From contig CAVWUU010000002.1 of NCBI GenBank assembly GCA_963758295.1, forward strand, positions 160,001 to 224,000: DNA of 64,000 nucleotides, given 5' to 3'. Source of the DNA: Candidatus Eremiobacteria bacterium. Its GTDB lineage: Bacteria; Vulcanimicrobiota; Vulcanimicrobiia; Vulcanimicrobiales; Vulcanimicrobiaceae. The position numbers and the translations under genes are program-made. The notes below the pieces were generated by a model. It made no database searches. It had not been told where the DNA came from and was given only the letters and a program-made list of their open reading frames with translations. Positions 59,249 through 64,000 of the stretch are shown here, piece by piece (position 1 is the stretch's first letter; the number at the start of each line of letters is the position of its first letter).

Positions 59249-60262
59249 CTATTCGAACAAGCGGCTCCAATCGTCACGGCTGATGCGTAGCTGTTCTTCC
59301 CTTAGGTCTTTGAGCGGCGCTTTCACCATGCGTTCGCGCTCGCACAGATCCGGTTGGCGGGGATCGATGAACAGTAAGCCCGTCACGAATTCCCCATTGT
59401 CGCGCGACTTGTGAATCGTCTCGAGCGCGCCGATTCGATTGGTCGCGTCGTAGTCGCGCTCTAGCTTACGAAGCAGTACGTGCGAACCATCTTCGAGTTC
59501 GATATCCTGAACGGTACCTGGCTCGTAGTCGACGACGACTTCTTCGCTGCCGCGGATGAAGTCGGGGGAATTGAGCATGAAGTCGTGTTCCTTGACGTAC
59601 GCGTAGCTCTTCGTCGATCCGACGTGATCGTTGAACGTGACGCACGGGCTAATGATGTCGAGCACGGCCGTGCCGCGGTGAGACATGGCCGCCTGCAGCA
59701 ATGGCACGAGCTGCTTGCCGTCACCCGAGAACGAGCGCGCGACGAATGTTGCACCGACTTCGATCGCGAGACCGCAAACGTCGATCGTACTGTACTCGTT
59801 CGGCGTCCCGCCTTTCATCGTCGAGCCGACGTCAGCCGTTGCGGAAAACTGTCCCTTCGTAAGTCCGTAGACGCCGTTGTTCTCGACGAGATACACCGCG
59901 TCGAGATTCCGGCGAATCATGTGGACGAATTGACCGAGGCCGATGCTAGCGGTGTCGCCGTCGCCACTGATGCCGAGTACCAGCAAGTCGCGATTCGCGA
60001 GCTTCGCGCCGGTCGCGGCCGACGGCATGCGTCCGTGCACGCCGTTGAATCCATGCGCTTGTTCTACGAAGTATGCAGGCGTCTTCGAAGAACAGCCGAT
60101 GCCGCTCATCTTCGCGAGCTTGTGCGGCTCAACGCCGTATTCGTATAGCGCCTTGATGAGATGATTGGTGATCGAATTGTGGCCGCACCCTGCGCATAGC
60201 GTGGTCGGCAAACCTTTGTAGATGTCTCGCGAGAGGCCGATGAGGTTGATATTCGCAGTCAT
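59249..60262 (-). CDS. 2-oxoacid:ferredoxin oxidoreductase beta subunit
   Basis: CAGCGH, SGIGCS, HGR, GDGD...NN, LTKGQ, SPCVTFN. Confidence 0.93.
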   Translation of the reverse strand: MTANINLIGLSRDIYKGLPTTLCAGCGHNSITNHLIKALYEYGVEPHKLAKMSGIGCSSKTPAYFVEQAHGFNGVHGRMPSAATGAKLANRDLLVLGISGDGDTASIGLGQFVHMIRRNLDAVYLVENNGVYGLTKGQFSATADVGSTMKGGTPNEYSTIDVCGLAIEVGATFVARSFSGDGKQLVPLLQAAMSHRGTAVLDIISPCVTFNDHVGSTKSYAYVKEHDFMLNSPDFIRGSEEVVVDYEPGTVQDIELEDGSHVLLRKLERDYDATNRIGALETIHKSRDNGEFVTGLLFIDPRQPDLCERERMVKAPLKDLREEQLRISRDDWSRLFE

Positions 60263-60265
60263 GAA

Positions 60266-62080
60266 TTACTCCGCAACGACAGCCGGGGTCCGCTCGGCTT
60301 GGAGAAGCGGATCCACGATAGCGTGGGCGTCGATCGGAACGCCGTTGTAGTGTCGAATCGATAGAAGCCGTCCGATAAGATGCGTCGGCAGCTCCGCACG
60401 AAGCAGCCCGTAGAGCTGCCCGTCTCGATTCTGTTCGATCACATAGACGCGCTCGTGCCTTGCGATGAACGCCGCCACTTCAGGCGAGAACGGCAACGCG
60501 CGCACGCGCATGTAGTCGACTCCGATGTCGCTATCCGTGAGGATGTCGCGCGCTTCGACCACGGCGTGATGCGTAGTTCCGTACGCCAAAATGGCGATAC
60601 TCTGGCCCTTTTCGTCGATTAGCGGCTGCGGCGCGGAGGTGCGCGCCGTATCGTGCTTGCGTGACAGGCGGTCGAGATTGCGCTGCCAGACTTCGGGCTG
60701 CTCGGAGTAGCGCGCTTCTTCGTCGTGGCCGGTGCCGCGCGTGAAAAATCCAGCGTTAGGATGCTCGGTACCCGGAAGCGTGCGATACGGAATGCCGTCG
60801 CGATCGACGTCGCGATAGCGGCCCCACGAGTCGACCTTACTCAAATCCGCCGCGTTTAACACCTTTCCGCGATCGAACGGTTTGTCGGGATACGACAACG
60901 GCTTCGTCATCCACGAATTCATGCCGAGGTCGAGATCGGAAAGCACGAAGACCGGCGTTTGGAAACGGTCGGCGAGATCGAAGGCATCCATTGCAAACTC
61001 GTACGCTTCGGACACCGTGCCCGGCAACAACACGAGGTGTTTTGTGTCGCCGTGCGAGAGCTGATAGGCAAATGAAACGTCGGCTTGCATCGTACGCGTG
61101 GGCAAACCCGTCGACGGGCCGGCGCGTTGCACGTCGAAAATAACGCCCGGCACCTCGGCGTAATAGCCGTAGCCGGCCCATTCCGCCATCAGCGAAAGTC
61201 CGGGCCCCGACGTCGACGTCATTGCGCGCGCTCCGGCCCAGCCTGCGCCGAGCACCATACCAATTGCGGCAAGCTCGTCCTCGGCTTGCACGATCGCCAC
61301 GCTTTTCTCACCGGTTTGCGGATCAACGCGATACCGCTCCGCGAGCGCGATGAAGTTTTCGCACAGCGACGACGACGGCGTGATGGGATACCACGCAGCA
61401 ACGGTGCAACCGCCCATGATGCAACCGAATGCCGCAGCACGATTTCCATCCATGAACATGAGGCCGTCGGTCGGACCGCGCATGCCCTCGAGCATGAAGG
61501 GATCGGCTTTGGGTAATTCGCGCGCATGCGCAAAGCCCAAGCGCACGGCTTCCATGTTGGTTGCGACGGCAGCAGGCTTTTTTTTGAACTGCCCGGTAAC
61601 GGCCGCTTCGATCGTGGATTCGTCGAGCCCAAGCAATTGCGCAAGGACCCCGACGTAAATCATGTTCAGAAGATATTTGCGCAGCGCGCCGTCTTTGAAC
61701 GCCTCTTTTGCCAACGCATTGAACGGCACCGAATAGTAGATTACGTCGTCGCGCTTGGTTTCGCCCGAAACCGGATACGTCGCTTCGTGAATGACGACGC
61801 CGCCGGGCTTCACGCCGGCCACGTCGCTTCTCCACGTGGCGGCATTCAATGCGACGACAATGTCGATATCGCGCGAACGGCATTGATAGCCCTTCGGACT
61901 GACGCGGACGTCGAACCACGTGGGCAGTCCCTCGATGTTTGACGGAAAGACATTTTTTGGTGCGACGGGGATTCCCAGGCGAAAGATCGCGTTGGTAAGG
62001 ACGAGATTGGACGATTGACTTCCCGACCCGTTAACCGTGGCAACCCGGATCGTGAAATCGTTGATTACGCGTTGGTGCAT
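60266..62080 (-). CDS. 2-oxoacid:ferredoxin oxidoreductase alpha subunit (gamma-alpha fusion)
   Basis: NGSG, YPITP, QAEDE, TSGPG, QRAGPSTGLPT. Confidence 0.93.
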   Translation of the reverse strand: MHQRVINDFTIRVATVNGSGSQSSNLVLTNAIFRLGIPVAPKNVFPSNIEGLPTWFDVRVSPKGYQCRSRDIDIVVALNAATWRSDVAGVKPGGVVIHEATYPVSGETKRDDVIYYSVPFNALAKEAFKDGALRKYLLNMIYVGVLAQLLGLDESTIEAAVTGQFKKKPAAVATNMEAVRLGFAHARELPKADPFMLEGMRGPTDGLMFMDGNRAAAFGCIMGGCTVAAWYPITPSSSLCENFIALAERYRVDPQTGEKSVAIVQAEDELAAIGMVLGAGWAGARAMTSTSGPGLSLMAEWAGYGYYAEVPGVIFDVQRAGPSTGLPTRTMQADVSFAYQLSHGDTKHLVLLPGTVSEAYEFAMDAFDLADRFQTPVFVLSDLDLGMNSWMTKPLSYPDKPFDRGKVLNAADLSKVDSWGRYRDVDRDGIPYRTLPGTEHPNAGFFTRGTGHDEEARYSEQPEVWQRNLDRLSRKHDTARTSAPQPLIDEKGQSIAILAYGTTHHAVVEARDILTDSDIGVDYMRVRALPFSPEVAAFIARHERVYVIEQNRDGQLYGLLRAELPTHLIGRLLSIRHYNGVPIDAHAIVDPLLQAERTPAVVAE

Positions 62081-62126
62081 CTGGCGTTCCCTTCACCTAG
62101 GGGCTTAGCGAACGCGAGTAGCGTTC

Positions 62127-63584
62127 CTATCGCGGAACAGCGGTTGCAGCTGCGACTGAAGTCGTTTGCTGGCCGTGAAAAGCAGCCTTGCCCATCGGAA
62201 TAACGTGGCGCTTCGGCGCAACCGGGGTTGAAACGATGCCGAACGCGCACGTAAAGGCCGTAAGTAGGGCGAAGGCCTCCGAAATCGTGAAGGCCCACGT
62301 AAGGCCGTACGCCGTGGATAGCGCGGCGGCGATCGCAACGCCGGCGCTGATCCCCGCCTGCATGCTCGTGTTGATCATCCCCGAGCCTGCGCCCTGATCT
62401 TCAGTGCTTACTTTCGAGAGCCCGCCGATAAAGCCGACCTGGTACGCAAACATTGCGCCGAGCCCAATGAGGATCGTGCCCGGCAGCAGCGAGATCCATG
62501 CTGATTCGTGCGGCTTCATCGCAATCAATAGCAGCGCGCCGACGGCCATAATGCAGCCTCCGAGCGTCCCGAGCGTGCGCAAACCGATTCGCTTGATCAA
62601 CGGCGCCGAGAGTGGACCGGCGATCAGCGTGATTACGAGCGACGACGGTAAGAATGCAAGCCCCGTTGCGAGCGGCGTCCAGTGATTGATTCGCTGGTAG
62701 AAAATCGAGGCGAAGACGAAGGCACTCACGTACGCTGCCGCTTGCAACGCGACGTCGATGCTTCCCGGAACCATGTTTTCATAACGCAAAAGCCGCGCGG
62801 GGATAAGGGGCGCTTTGGCGCGTCGTTCGGCGAAAACGAACGCCACAAGCAAGGCGATCGCGACGGCGAGTTCCACCCACGTATCCCAATCGATCTTGCG
62901 GTCGGCAATCGATTCAATGGCAAAAATCGCCAGCACCAGCCCAGCCGTCAGCAAGAACGCGCCAAGTACGTCCAGCTGTTGCGGCGTTCTCGTGCGGGTA
63001 TCTTTCGGAATGATGAACGGCGTGAGAATCAAGATGATGATTCCAACCGGAACGTTTACGAAAAATACCGCGCGCCATCCGAGAAATTGCGTCAGGATCC
63101 CGCCGACCAAGACTCCGGCTGCGAGGCCGGCACTCCCAATGGTGTTCCACATCCCGAGAACGCGTTGGCGTTCGTCTTCACCAGCGTAGATTTCCATCAA
63201 AATCGCCATCGCAGACGGCGTAACGATCGCCGCCCCAATGCCTTGAATCGCGCGCACGACGATCAACACGATGGGCGTTGGCGCGAAGCCGCCGAGGAGC
63301 GACGCGACCGTGAACAGCGCCAGACCCGCCATAAAAATCGTTCGCCGGTTGTACAGATCGGAACAGCGCCCGGCAAGCATGAGAAAGCCGGCGAGTGCGA
63401 TAGCGTAGGTGCTAATCACCCACTGCGCTTCCGATTGCGGCATGCCGAGGCCGCTTTCCATCGCGGGCAGCGCGACGTTGACGATTGAGAAATCCAGGAG
63501 GAGCATGAAGAAGGTGATGCTCAGGACCACGAACGAGCGCCATCGCATGCAAGGGCGATTCGCCGGTCTTGTGCTATCCTTCAT
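62127..63584 (-). CDS. MFS transporter, DHA2 family
   Basis: LDFSIVNVALP, GR.SD, WRAVFFVNVP. Confidence 0.9.
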   Translation of the reverse strand: MKDSTRPANRPCMRWRSFVVLSITFFMLLLDFSIVNVALPAMESGLGMPQSEAQWVISTYAIALAGFLMLAGRCSDLYNRRTIFMAGLALFTVASLLGGFAPTPIVLIVVRAIQGIGAAIVTPSAMAILMEIYAGEDERQRVLGMWNTIGSAGLAAGVLVGGILTQFLGWRAVFFVNVPVGIIILILTPFIIPKDTRTRTPQQLDVLGAFLLTAGLVLAIFAIESIADRKIDWDTWVELAVAIALLVAFVFAERRAKAPLIPARLLRYENMVPGSIDVALQAAAYVSAFVFASIFYQRINHWTPLATGLAFLPSSLVITLIAGPLSAPLIKRIGLRTLGTLGGCIMAVGALLLIAMKPHESAWISLLPGTILIGLGAMFAYQVGFIGGLSKVSTEDQGAGSGMINTSMQAGISAGVAIAAALSTAYGLTWAFTISEAFALLTAFTCAFGIVSTPVAPKRHVIPMGKAAFHGQQTTSVAAATAVPR

Positions 63585-63613
63585 TCCAAGCTAGGAAGAA
63601 AGGACCACACTAC

Positions 63614-64000
63614 GTGATTCGATCCATCGCAGCCGTGGGGATGGCGACGGTATTCGCCCTGTCGCTTGCGGCGTGCAGCAAGAATTCAAACGTTTCCACG
63701 CAGAGCGCCGGCTCGTCGGCACAAACAGCGGCGGGCACCGGCGCCACGCTAGTGAAAGCGGGCACCGTGTTCAACGGCCGGCTGCAGCAAGAGATTAGCT
63801 CGAAATCGAGCCACACCGGCGACATCTTCGTGCTGGCCGAAACGGATTCGATGTTCCACAAAGATCCGACCCTTCACGGGTCGGTCATCGATGGCCATTT
63901 GGAAAATGTCACGCCGGCCGGCATGGGTCGCAAGCCGGGCATGACGGTGGTCTTCGACGACATCAAATTCCCAGACGGAACCAAGGCGCCGGTCAACGTG
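63614..64000 (+). CDS. Lipoprotein with beta-rich domain (partial)
   Basis: Own translation: MIRSIAAVGMATVFALSLAAC (lipobox)...GTVFNGRLQQEISS...; open to the window end. Confidence 0.7.
   Translation, partial: MIRSIAAVGMATVFALSLAACSKNSNVSTQSAGSSAQTAAGTGATLVKAGTVFNGRLQQEISSKSSHTGDIFVLAETDSMFHKDPTLHGSVIDGHLENVTPAGMGRKPGMTVVFDDIKFPDGTKAPVNV

Noticed and set aside
63614..64000. VirB10/TrbI-like fold as evidence for a secretion system
   Set aside because: Partial gene, weak resemblance and no other secretion genes in the window
1..64000. CRISPR arrays, IS elements, tRNA/rRNA genes, defence systems
   Set aside because: No regularly spaced repeats, transposase or nuclease motifs, or cloverleaf/rRNA signatures seen by eye

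Overview
GC-rich bacterial chromosomal window, densely coding and made of housekeeping and heterotrophy genes. I found no prophage, transposase, CRISPR array, rRNA or tRNA. Gene content and style suggest a Terrabacteria soil lineage such as Eremiobacterota/Vulcanimicrobiota; this is inference only. Main content: peptide degradation (tricorn S41, S9, tandem M61), glyoxylate shunt (aceA plus a divergent malate synthase), a LytS/LytTR pair, pstS, tag, rocD, infC-rpmI-rplT, trmH-yqzL-like-pheST-cvpA, selD, hsp20-lon, two HD-GYP regulators, APC and MFS transporters and a 2-oxoacid:ferredoxin oxidoreductase. Signals the ORF track misses or mis-calls: (1) a Sec-encoding UGA and SECIS-like hairpin in selD, which is translationally coupled to a CarH-type B12-binding protein; (2) an AUA start and attenuator-like leader for infC; (3) a 33-aa YqzL-like ORF and terminator ahead of pheS; (4) a CIRCE element before hsp20-lon; (5) LytTR-type direct repeats; (6) a candidate structured RNA at about 20.9 kb; (7) a serine-hydrolase paralog lacking its catalytic motifs; (8) HD-to-YD changes in both HD-GYP proteins; (9) a membrane protein ending in RAPP. 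Four genes, including essential pheT, carry small indels that are most likely assembly errors. No novel system can be firmly established. The selD-B12-binding-protein neighbourhood is the best candidate.
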